Shown: one piece after another, positions 35,333-43,568 of the stretch
How the letters are laid out: the number at the start of each line of letters is the position of its first letter
How positions within the stretch are numbered: the stretch's first letter is position 1
Source of the DNA: Prevotella sp.
GTDB taxonomy: Bacteria > Bacteroidota > Bacteroidia > Bacteroidales > Bacteroidaceae
Assembly (NCBI GenBank): GCA_022775105.1
Contig: JALFIX010000141.1
Coordinates: 7,614 to 71,613 of the forward strand
Direction: 5' to 3'
DNA length: 64,000 nucleotides
Position numbers and translations under genes: made by a program
Notes under the pieces: model-generated
The model's database searches: none
What the model saw: only the letters and a program-made list of their open reading frames with translations
What the model was told of the DNA's origin: nothing

Positions 35333-37711
35333 TTAATGAGCAAAGTTCTTTCTGCTCTTCTTTCCCTGTCGTGAGATTATTATCTCAGGGGAGTTGGTTC
35401 CTTTGATTCTAACGCCTTTAAGGTTGTAATGTTCGGCAGTCTTGTTGTCCATTATAACACTGTTGATGCCTGTGGCCTCGCCAATGATTGCCTCAATGGC
35501 AATGCTTCTGCATGATGGCATAAGGAATGAATATTCAGCTCCTTCAACAACCTCAGTTTTCTGTACGTTACTATTGTCTGTGGTGGTTACCTTCCATCCA
35601 GTAATGGCATATCCGTCCTTAAGCGAAGATCCTGTTATTGTCATGCGGCGGTCCTTGAAGAATTTGCCGTCGAAGAATGCTTCGCTCAGTTTAACGCCAT
35701 TCATCAGAATTTCTGTCTCGGCACGCTGGTTTTCGTCCATAGCCTTATTGACAGTCAAGGGCAGGGGAGTGCCGAGCTGATAGTATTCGGCAATGTATTT
35801 GTAAAAGTATGTCGGTCGGTTGGCTATCCAGTTGCGGGCGTTGTTCATCTCCTCCGTATAGTTGGGCCACCATTTGTTGACCAATTCGCGGTGATAGGGA
35901 TATTCATACTTTATCATCTCATACATGGGATTCCATACGGCGAATGTTCCGCGCGAGTTGAGCCAGTCACCCATGTAGATGGCGGCACGGTCGATAAACT
36001 CGCGCTTGAAGTCGCCGTCTTCCATCAGTCGGCGGAAGAGCCGGGTGTGGTCATATTGGTTTGCCCAACTTGTGTCAGGGTCATAATTGGGGTCGTATAT
36101 CCACTTGATTGTATTGAATGACGCACTGACTCCATAGAGTCCAAGTCCGAAGTCCGTGTCCTTCATAATCCATCGCCATCGTCCTCCTTCTTCTGTCGGT
36201 CTCCACATCACGATGTTGTTGCCGGGGAAGTCACGGTTGTTGTAGAACAGGTTGACAAGCATGAGGTTGAGGAACTCCATGGTGTCCATCCACTGCTCGT
36301 ATTCGGCGAGGGTATGCCCATGTTCGGTGTAGAAAGCCTTGAAGGCGTTGTAGTTGTCCCATGTGCCTTCTTTTAGTTCCCACCAGTTTTCAAACATGTC
36401 GAGGTCTTCAAGTCCATCGTAGTTGGTGTAGATATTATCCTCATTGCTGCGCTCTCGTATATTGAGCATACCGGTGTATTGCCCGTTGATATATACGATG
36501 GCTGGTCGCCATGCCTGATAGTCGATATCCACATGCTTTGCGGTGTTGCATTGTATGATGGCATCGCGCATGTAGAGATAGTCGAAGTCGTTTCCGGCAT
36601 TGCGCAATGCTATTGACTTGAAGTCGGTGATGCCCGGTCGCTGGTCGGGGAAGAACTCATAGTCGAGACGCTTTGCGCCGAAGCGTTTGTTGGCATACAA
36701 GGCAAGTGACTTCATCTTGTTGCCTCTTGTCGCTCCGCCCATGATACGGGTCTCGCAAAGCTGGTTTATCTGGCTTTCCTGCTCAGGTTCGAAGAAAAAC
36801 TCAATGTTGGTGGGGCGTCGCCAGTCAAACTCATAGTTCTTCTTCCCGCTTTGGTAGGTGCCGTCAACATAGATGCCTATCTTGTTGTCATAGAAGTATT
36901 TGTTGTCGGTGGATATGGAAATCACGGGCAATGTGATGTCTCTCGTGAAGAAGATATATGACTGAGTGGAGGAACGTGGTGAGAGTTTGCCGTCCTTGAA
37001 CAGCTTTGCCTTGACCACGGTTGTTTTGTTGATATTGATGGGCGATGAGTAGAGATAGCTGGTTCTTGTAGGTTCAGAGCCGTTGGTGGTGTATCTGATT
37101 TCCGCTCCTTCAGAGCCTTCGGGGATGGAGAGTTCGAGTTTGAAGGCTTGTCCGTTCTTCATTACTCTGCCTTTTTCGCTGAAAACGGGAGAACCGAGGA
37201 TGTCCTTGCAGGTCTCTCCGCAGTTGGTGGCTGCGGGAGTGGGAGTAGCCATATATCCCCATGTGTCGCTTCCGTCGGTTTTGCGTCCGTAGGCGATGTT
37301 GGGTGCGGGTTGTTTTTTCAGTCCTTCCACCTTGTCGATGATGTTTCCGTTGTTGAAGAGATAGACGTTGCAGCCTTTCCCTGATTCAAGTCGGAATGGG
37401 GTGTGAAGACCGTTTTCCACCTTGTCGCAATAGACGAGGATGTGCTTTCCCGGCTGTAGGGTTATGCCGGGCAACTTCCATGCCTTGTCGGCATTGTCCT
37501 TGTCGGAGATTGCATACTGGTTGAGGTTCACTGATGTAGTTCCGCTGTTGTAGAGTTCGACCCATGAGTCGGGGAACTCGTTGATGTCATCCATTATGCA
37601 GTCGATGTTTGACTGCATAAGCTCGTTGATGACTACTTGGGCGGGGGCAGTTGCAATTGATGTTGCAAGTGCGAGGGCTGTGGTCGTTTTTTTTAGTGAG
37701 ATTCTTTTCAT
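35333..37711 (-). CDS. CotH-kinase-family protein with N-terminal lamin-tail-like domain and probable T9SS C-terminal domain
   Basis: 792 aa with a signal peptide. LTD-like VVINELMQSN...WVELYNSGTTSVNLNQYAISD. CotH-like block FKSIALRNAGNDFDYLYMRDAI.. C-terminus HYNLKGVRIKGTNSPEIIISRQGKKSRKNFAH is CTD-like. Confidence 0.8.
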   Translation of the reverse strand: MKRISLKKTTTALALATSIATAPAQVVINELMQSNIDCIMDDINEFPDSWVELYNSGTTSVNLNQYAISDKDNADKAWKLPGITLQPGKHILVYCDKVENGLHTPFRLESGKGCNVYLFNNGNIIDKVEGLKKQPAPNIAYGRKTDGSDTWGYMATPTPAATNCGETCKDILGSPVFSEKGRVMKNGQAFKLELSIPEGSEGAEIRYTTNGSEPTRTSYLYSSPININKTTVVKAKLFKDGKLSPRSSTQSYIFFTRDITLPVISISTDNKYFYDNKIGIYVDGTYQSGKKNYEFDWRRPTNIEFFFEPEQESQINQLCETRIMGGATRGNKMKSLALYANKRFGAKRLDYEFFPDQRPGITDFKSIALRNAGNDFDYLYMRDAIIQCNTAKHVDIDYQAWRPAIVYINGQYTGMLNIRERSNEDNIYTNYDGLEDLDMFENWWELKEGTWDNYNAFKAFYTEHGHTLAEYEQWMDTMEFLNLMLVNLFYNNRDFPGNNIVMWRPTEEGGRWRWIMKDTDFGLGLYGVSASFNTIKWIYDPNYDPDTSWANQYDHTRLFRRLMEDGDFKREFIDRAAIYMGDWLNSRGTFAVWNPMYEMIKYEYPYHRELVNKWWPNYTEEMNNARNWIANRPTYFYKYIAEYYQLGTPLPLTVNKAMDENQRAETEILMNGVKLSEAFFDGKFFKDRRMTITGSSLKDGYAITGWKVTTTDNSNVQKTEVVEGAEYSFLMPSCRSIAIEAIIGEATGINSVIMDNKTAEHYNLKGVRIKGTNSPEIIISRQGKKSRKNFAH

Positions 37712-37726
37712 GATTTTTATTTTTTT

Positions 37727-37770
37727 TAGGTGGGGGTAGGGGGTGTAGGTTGGGGTAGGTTTTTTAGGGG
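37727..37770. repeat. TAGG-word array (period 9-10 nt) between dacB and the CotH-like gene
   Basis: TAGGTGGGGG TAGGGGGTG TAGGTTGGGG TAGGTTTTT TAGGGG read on the + strand, which is antisense to both flanking genes. Confidence 0.6.
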
Positions 37771-39032
37771 GAGGAGAGGGCTTCGCAGATTTTGTCTTGC
37801 AGGGCGCGGGCTTGGCTGTCTTTCAGGATGCCGTTGTTGATGATGGCAAAACAGAGGGTGTGGTTGTTGGGGGCGGTGCAGTAGCCGGCGAGGGATTGCA
37901 CACCGGTTAGGGTGCCGGTTTTTGCCCTTACGTTTTCTGCTGTGGATGAGGATTTCATACGGCGCTTTAGGGTGCCGTCGGTGCCGGCAATGGGCAGGGA
38001 TGGGTAGAGATGGAGATAGATATTGCTGTTGCGGTAGGCGTATTTCAGCAATTCCACTTCCAACTCTGCGGTTACATAATTATATAATGATAATCCGCTG
38101 CCGTCGGCAAAGATGTAGTCGGCGGGATTGAGCCCGATTTTCCTAACCAATCGTTTGATGATGTTGCGCGCGTCTTGGGCAGTGGCGGGATGTTTGCCGG
38201 ATGAGGCCGCCAACTGATAGAAGAGGGCTTCGGCGTATAGGTTATCGCTGTCTTTCATCATCTTCATCAGTATCTGGTCGAGGGAATGTGTGCGGTCGAG
38301 AATCTCGTATGCGTCAGTGGGAGTGTCTCCCTCAAGTATATTGCCAATAATGACAACACCGGCATCCACTAATTCCGCGACGAAGTGTTGCATAAATTCG
38401 TCCTTGCGCGAAATGAGCAAGGGTGAAAGAACGGGGTTGTCGTCATCCCAACACCATCCCCAGCCAAGACGGTCCTCGTTTTTCATCATCTTGTCCGCCA
38501 CAAGGCTTCCTCTTATTGTGTCAATGCCAAGCGAGCGGATTCCCTCTACGAAGGCAGTCATGTCATCAGAATTGAAACGGGGGTCGAAGCCTCCTATGCA
38601 ATAAACATCGCCATTGAGCACGTTGTCCTTGATTTCTCCTGTATATTTCAATGATGTCCTGAAGAGATAAGAGCCGCCGAGGCGGTCGATGGCGGCTATG
38701 GCAGTTATCAGCTTCATGGTGGATGCCGGGCGGAGGGTTGTTTTCTCGTTGTGGCGGATGATGGTTTTACTGTCGGTGAGGTCATATACCATCAGCCCGA
38801 TGTTGGAGGTATGGAGGAGGGGGGATGAGGCGAGGAGGGAGTCAATTCTACCCGCCGCTGACGTGACGGGCACGGGGGCTGATGATGAGGGGAGGGAATT
38901 GGGGTGGGAATATAGGAGGGAATCGTGGAGGGATATGGTTGGGCTGTCCGCAGCTGAGGCTGCGGGCATTGGGTATATGAATGAGGCAATAAATGCCAAT
39001 ATAAAAGCTAAAATACTCTTCATCGGGTGCAA
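37764..39032 (-). CDS. dacB: D-alanyl-D-alanine carboxypeptidase/endopeptidase (PBP4, peptidase S13)
   Basis: SxxK (PASTMKLITA), SxN (KDSDNLYAE) and KTG (RAKTGTLTG) motifs. The track start is TTG 39032; ATG 39023 (MKSILAF..) is more likely. Confidence 0.85.
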   Translation of the reverse strand: MHPMKSILAFILAFIASFIYPMPAASAADSPTISLHDSLLYSHPNSLPSSSAPVPVTSAAGRIDSLLASSPLLHTSNIGLMVYDLTDSKTIIRHNEKTTLRPASTMKLITAIAAIDRLGGSYLFRTSLKYTGEIKDNVLNGDVYCIGGFDPRFNSDDMTAFVEGIRSLGIDTIRGSLVADKMMKNEDRLGWGWCWDDDNPVLSPLLISRKDEFMQHFVAELVDAGVVIIGNILEGDTPTDAYEILDRTHSLDQILMKMMKDSDNLYAEALFYQLAASSGKHPATAQDARNIIKRLVRKIGLNPADYIFADGSGLSLYNYVTAELEVELLKYAYRNSNIYLHLYPSLPIAGTDGTLKRRMKSSSTAENVRAKTGTLTGVQSLAGYCTAPNNHTLCFAIINNGILKDSQARALQDKICEALSSP

Positions 39033-39101
39033 AATTACTCAAAAATCGAGTAATAAACAAAAAATAACGCAACTCTTTTTCTTTATATGAATAAAAATAC
39101 T

Positions 39102-39109
39102 TAAATTTG
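39102..39109 (+). promoter_or_regulatory. -7 box TAaaTTTG upstream of nadB
   Basis: Context AAATTTGCAGCCAAA is shared with the box at 56457; 41 nt upstream of ATG 39150. Confidence 0.55.
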
Positions 39110-39149
39110 CAGCCAAAATGAGAATTGCTCTCATAAAAAGCATGAATAT

Positions 39150-40736
39150 ATGGTTTTTAAGTATGACTTTCTGATTATCGGCGCAGGAGTAGCCGGTATG
39201 AGTTACGCCCTTAAGGTAGCAAGAGCGCACAAAGGTAAGGTGTGCATGATATGCAAGACTTCCCTCGACGAAGCCAACACGTCATTCGCACAAGGTGGAG
39301 TGGCTTCGGTGACAAACCTGGAGCTGGACAATTTCGACAAGCACATCGAGGACACGATGATTGCCGGCGACTATATCTCTGATCCCAAAGCTGTGGAGCA
39401 GGTGGTGAGAAATGCGCCGGAGCAGATCCGTGAACTGGTGGAGTGGGGTGTCAACTTCGACAGGAAGGAGAACGGTGAGTTTGACCTTCACCGCGAGGGA
39501 GGACACTCGGAGTTCCGCATACTTCATCACAAGGACGACACGGGAGCCGAGATACAGCGTGGCTTGATGGCGGCAGTGCGCAGTTGTCCGGATATAACGA
39601 TTAAGGAAAACCACTTCGCCGTGGAGATTATCACCCAGCACCACTTGGGTGCAAGGGTGACCCGCCGCACACCGTATATCAACTGCTATGGAGCATACGT
39701 GCTTAATCCCGACACTCAGAAGGTGGATACTTACCTGAGCAAGGTGACGGTGATGTGTACGGGCGGTTGCGGTGCCGTGTATCAGTCAACGACGAATCCC
39801 GTAATCGCCACTGGCGACGGTGAGGCCATGGTATATCGCGCCAAGGGCACTGTGGCGGACATGGAGTTCGTGCAGTTCCATCCCACGGCATTGTATCATC
39901 CCGGCGAGACTCATCCCGCCTTCCTAATCACCGAGGCAATGCGCGGATATGGCGGTATCCTGAAATTGCCAAATGGCGAGACATTCATGGAGAAATATGA
40001 CGAGCGTCTGTCGCTTGCCCCGCGTGATATTGTTGCAAGGGCAATTGACAAGGAGATGAAGATACACGGTCTTGACCACGTGTGTCTCGACGTCACTCAT
40101 AAAGACCCGGAAGAGACGCGAAAGCATTTCCCGAATATTTACATGAAATGCAAGTCGATGGGTATTGACATCACCACCGACTATATTCCTGTTCGTCCAG
40201 CTGCGCATTACATGTGCGGAGGCATAAAGGTAGATTTGAACGGATTGTCGAGCATAGACAGGCTATATGCCTTGGGAGAATGTTCTTGTACCGGTTTGCA
40301 TGGCGGCAACCGACTGGCAAGCAATTCTCTTATCGAGGCAGTTGTTTATGCAGATGCCGCCGCAAAGCACTCGTTGGAGCATGTGGATTTGTATGACTTC
40401 AATGACAAGGTTCCGGAGTGGAATGACGAGGGTATGCTGACCAACGAGGAGAAGGTGCTTATCACGCAAAGCGTGAAGGAGGTGGGCGAGATAATGTCGA
40501 ATTATGTTGGCATTGTCAGGAGTGACTTGCGCCTGAAGCGCGCTTGGGACAGGCTTGACATGCTTTATGAGGAGACGGAGAACCTGTTCAAGAGGGTTAA
40601 GGCAAGCCGGGATATTTGTGAGCTTCGCAATATGATTAACGTGGGATATTTGATTACGCGTTGGGCGATTGAGAGGAAGGAATGCCGAGGGCTGCATTAT
40701 ACTATTGATTATCCTGTGCATGCTTATGATAAGTAG
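39150..40736 (+). CDS. nadB: L-aspartate oxidase
   Basis: 528 aa. FAD fold YDFLIIGAGVAGMSYAL, plus ..GGNRLASNSLIEAVVY.. and RGLHYTIDYP typical of NadB. Confidence 0.92.
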   Translation: MVFKYDFLIIGAGVAGMSYALKVARAHKGKVCMICKTSLDEANTSFAQGGVASVTNLELDNFDKHIEDTMIAGDYISDPKAVEQVVRNAPEQIRELVEWGVNFDRKENGEFDLHREGGHSEFRILHHKDDTGAEIQRGLMAAVRSCPDITIKENHFAVEIITQHHLGARVTRRTPYINCYGAYVLNPDTQKVDTYLSKVTVMCTGGCGAVYQSTTNPVIATGDGEAMVYRAKGTVADMEFVQFHPTALYHPGETHPAFLITEAMRGYGGILKLPNGETFMEKYDERLSLAPRDIVARAIDKEMKIHGLDHVCLDVTHKDPEETRKHFPNIYMKCKSMGIDITTDYIPVRPAAHYMCGGIKVDLNGLSSIDRLYALGECSCTGLHGGNRLASNSLIEAVVYADAAAKHSLEHVDLYDFNDKVPEWNDEGMLTNEEKVLITQSVKEVGEIMSNYVGIVRSDLRLKRAWDRLDMLYEETENLFKRVKASRDICELRNMINVGYLITRWAIERKECRGLHYTIDYPVHAYDK

Positions 40737-40776
40737 GTTTTGTAGGTTTTGTAGGTTTTTGTAGGTTTTGTAGGGG
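40734..40776 (+). repeat. TAGGTTTTG x4 (+TAGGGG) filling the whole nadB / murF-alr spacer
   Basis: Units at 40734, 40743, 40752 (10 nt), 40762 and 40771. The first TAG is the nadB stop, and the murF ATG follows at 40777. Confidence 0.8.
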
Positions 40777-43446
40777 ATGAAATATTCTATTGAGAAGATT
40801 GCTACGCTCATCGGGGCGCGGCGGATTGGGGATGCGGAGGCTACTGTCAGCTGGCTGCTCACTGATAGCAGGTCGCTTTGTTTCCCTGAGGAGACCTTGT
40901 TTTTTGCATTGAAGTCTGGACGTAATGACGGACACAAATATATTCCGGAGCTTTATCGCCGCGGAGTTAGGAACTTTGTGGTGGAGATAGGGGCTGGGAG
41001 GATTGCTGCCGGGAGAATTGCAGCAGGAAGACTCGCTGATGGAAAACTCGCAGCTGATGCTGCGAGCACGGGGGCTAAGCTCGATGGAAGCGGATTTGCT
41101 GGAGCTAATTTTCTGGAGGTGGTTAGCCCGTTGGAGGCATTGCAGAGACTGGCGGAGAGACATCGGGATGAGTTTGATATTCCTGTTGTGGGAATTACGG
41201 GCAGTAACGGGAAGACGATGGTGAAGGAATGGCTTTATCAGTTGCTTTCGCCACGGGTTATTGTTACACGCTCTCCCAAGAGCTATAACTCGCAGATTGG
41301 AGTGCCGCTTTCGGTTTGGCTTCTTAATGAAAAGACGGAAGTGGGCCTGTTTGAGGCGGGAATCAGTCAACCGGGTGAGATGCAGGCCTTGAGAGATATT
41401 GTCCAGCCTACCATCGGAGTGCTAACCTCTTTGGGTACGGCACACCAGGAGAATTTCCGTTCTATGGATGAGAAATGTCAGGAGAAACTGACGTTATTCC
41501 ACGATGCAAAGGTTGTTGCGTATAATTCGGATGACAATGTGGTCAGCCGTTGTATGCGCAAGTCGGGGTATCGCGGGGAGAAACTGTCATGGAGCAGGGA
41601 AGACCCCCAGGCGGCGATGTTCATAAAGAAAGTGGAGCGACGTGACACGGTTTCCACCTTATATTATATATATAAAGGACAGGAGGGGCGGTATCATCTG
41701 CCGTTTATCGACGATGCCTCGCTGGAATGTTCCATCGCAGCGGCTGTGGTGGCATTGTATCTTGGGGTTACGGCAGAAGAACTGGACGTAAGGATGTCGC
41801 AGTTGGAGCCGGTGGCGATGAGACTGGAAGTGAAGGAGGGACGGCATGGCTGTACTCTTATCAATGACTCGTATAACTCGGATATCAATTCGCTGGATAT
41901 AGCGCTTGATTTTATGAGCCGAAGGCCGGAACAGGAAGGCAAACGACGTACGCTGATACTTAGTGATATCTATCAGAGCGGAGAAGCGGCTGAGTGCCTG
42001 TATGAGAGAGTGGTGGAGCTGGCTGTGAACCGCGGTGTGACTAAGTTCATCGGGATAGGAAAGGAGATAACGGCTGGGCTGGCGGCTGGGCTGACGACGG
42101 GACGCGGCCAGGCAGCAAAACTGCCTGGAACGGTGGCTGGGCTGACGGTGGGATGCGGCCAGGCAGCAAAACTGCCTGGAACGGTGGCTGATGCGAGGAC
42201 GCGGGGGGATGTTCGGTTCTTCTTTTTTGGGGATGTTGATGAGTTTTTGCGGTCGGAGGTGTTTGAGGGACTGAGGGACGAGGTGGTTCTTATTAAGGGA
42301 GCGCGCGCCTTTGGTTTTGATCATATCACTGAACAGCTGGAACAGAAGGTGCATGAGACGATATTGGAGGTGAACCTGAATGCCGTGGTGGAGAATCTCA
42401 ATCATTTCCGCTCATATATGAAGCCAGAAACCAAGATGATTTGTATGGTGAAGGCAGATGCCTACGGAGCCGGAGCCGTGGAGGTGTCGAAGATACTTCA
42501 GGAGCACAGGGTGGATTACTTGGCAGTGGCAGTTGCCGATGAAGGAGTGACACTGCGCAAGAACGGCATTACGAGCAATATCATGATAATGAATCCCGAG
42601 ATGACTGCCTTCAAGACAATGTTCGACTATGAACTGGAGCCGGAGGTGTATAGTTTCCGCCTTATGGATGCCCTCATCAAGGCAGCTGAGAAAGAGGGAA
42701 TAACTAACTATCCCGTACATATAAAGCTCGATACAGGTATGCACCGCCTTGGTTTCGACCCTGTGAATGACATCGACGAGGTTATCAACCGCCTGAAACA
42801 TCAGAATGCAATCATTCCCCGTTCGGTATTCTCGCATTTCGTAGGCAGCGACAGTGATGACTTTGACAATTTCTCGGCACATCAGTTTGAACTCTTTGAT
42901 GCCGCAAGCACTAAACTGCTGGCAGCTTTCGACCACAAGATATTGCGGCATATAGACAACAGTGCGGGAATAGAGCATTTCCCCGAACGACAGTTGGATG
43001 CCTGCCGTCTTGGTCTCGGTCTTTACGGAGTAGATAGTCGTGACAACCATATCATCAATACCGTGAGCACTCTGAAGACAACCATATTGCAGCTGCGTCA
43101 TGTGCCCAAGGAAGAAACCGTGGGATATAGCCGCAAGGGAGTATTGACGAGAGACAGTATAATAGCTGCAATTCCGATAGGCTATGCCGACGGATTAAAC
43201 CGCCATCTCGGACGCGGCAAGGGGTATTGTCTCGTAAATGGTCAGAAGGCACCTTACGTGGGGAATATATGTATGGACGTGGCATTGATAGATGTCACCG
43301 ACATACCGTGTAACGAGGGCGATACGGTGGAGATATTCGGCGAGCATCTGCCGGTGACGGTATTGTCGGATATCCTCGAAACCATCCCTTACGAAGTGCT
43401 TACAGGAGTAAGTAACCGCGTAAAGAAGGTGTATTACAAGGATTAA
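40777..43446 (+). CDS. murF/alr: Bifunctional UDP-N-acetylmuramoyl-tripeptide--D-alanyl-D-alanine ligase / alanine racemase (MurF-Alr fusion)
   Basis: 889 aa. Mur-ligase P-loop GITGSNGKTMVKEW. The Alr half starts ETILEVNLNAVVENL..MVKADAYGAGAVEV (PLP-Lys context). Two in-frame tandem-repeat insertions are present (see repeats). Confidence 0.9.
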   Translation: MKYSIEKIATLIGARRIGDAEATVSWLLTDSRSLCFPEETLFFALKSGRNDGHKYIPELYRRGVRNFVVEIGAGRIAAGRIAAGRLADGKLAADAASTGAKLDGSGFAGANFLEVVSPLEALQRLAERHRDEFDIPVVGITGSNGKTMVKEWLYQLLSPRVIVTRSPKSYNSQIGVPLSVWLLNEKTEVGLFEAGISQPGEMQALRDIVQPTIGVLTSLGTAHQENFRSMDEKCQEKLTLFHDAKVVAYNSDDNVVSRCMRKSGYRGEKLSWSREDPQAAMFIKKVERRDTVSTLYYIYKGQEGRYHLPFIDDASLECSIAAAVVALYLGVTAEELDVRMSQLEPVAMRLEVKEGRHGCTLINDSYNSDINSLDIALDFMSRRPEQEGKRRTLILSDIYQSGEAAECLYERVVELAVNRGVTKFIGIGKEITAGLAAGLTTGRGQAAKLPGTVAGLTVGCGQAAKLPGTVADARTRGDVRFFFFGDVDEFLRSEVFEGLRDEVVLIKGARAFGFDHITEQLEQKVHETILEVNLNAVVENLNHFRSYMKPETKMICMVKADAYGAGAVEVSKILQEHRVDYLAVAVADEGVTLRKNGITSNIMIMNPEMTAFKTMFDYELEPEVYSFRLMDALIKAAEKEGITNYPVHIKLDTGMHRLGFDPVNDIDEVINRLKHQNAIIPRSVFSHFVGSDSDDFDNFSAHQFELFDAASTKLLAAFDHKILRHIDNSAGIEHFPERQLDACRLGLGLYGVDSRDNHIINTVSTLKTTILQLRHVPKEETVGYSRKGVLTRDSIIAAIPIGYADGLNRHLGRGKGYCLVNGQKAPYVGNICMDVALIDVTDIPCNEGDTVEIFGEHLPVTVLSDILETIPYEVLTGVSNRVKKVYYKD
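40993..41052 (+). repeat. In-frame 15-bp tandem repeat x4 inside murF-alr (AGRIA AGRIA AGRLA DGKLA)
   Basis: GCTGGGAGGATTGCT / GCCGGGAGAATTGCA / GCAGGAAGACTCGCT / GATGGAAAACTCGCA, codons 73-92. Confidence 0.8.
42085..42186 (+). repeat. In-frame 51-bp tandem duplication inside murF-alr (AGLTTGRGQAAKLPGTV / AGLTVGCGQAAKLPGTV)
   Basis: 42085-42135 and 42136-42186 differ at 3 of 51 positions. The repeat starts at codon 437, near the MurF/Alr junction. Confidence 0.85.
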
Positions 43447-43463
43447 TTGACAAAAAACAAACG

Positions 43464-43497
43464 TTTACGGCATTTTTCTTAGGAAAAGTGCCGTAAA
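43464..43497 (+). terminator. Hairpin after murF-alr
   Basis: TTTACGGCATTTTTC / GAAAAGTGCCGTAAA, 15-bp stem with one mismatch and a 4-nt loop. No T-tract on the + strand follows; an A-run does. Confidence 0.45.
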
Positions 43498-43512
43498 TTA
43501 AAAAAAAATACT

Positions 43513-43520
43513 TATCTTTG
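43513..43520 (+). promoter_or_regulatory. -7 box TAtcTTTG upstream of the MFS transporter
   Basis: TAnnTTTGCA match 49 nt upstream of ATG 43569. Confidence 0.55.
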
Positions 43521-43568
43521 CAACGTTTTTCGGAATAATAATTTTAAAAACAACCTATTATATTAAAA

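Noticed and set aside
39030-39037. TAatTTTG box (minus strand) as the dacB promoter
   Set aside because: It overlaps the TTG 39032 codon and lies only ~7 nt from the more likely ATG 39023, which would imply a leaderless mRNA. This is too uncertain to list as a feature.
39039-39230. 63-aa minus-strand ORF across the nadB promoter and start
   Set aside because: It covers the dacB/nadB divergent control region and the first codons of nadB. It is hydrophobic by chance from AT-rich sequence and has no independent signals.
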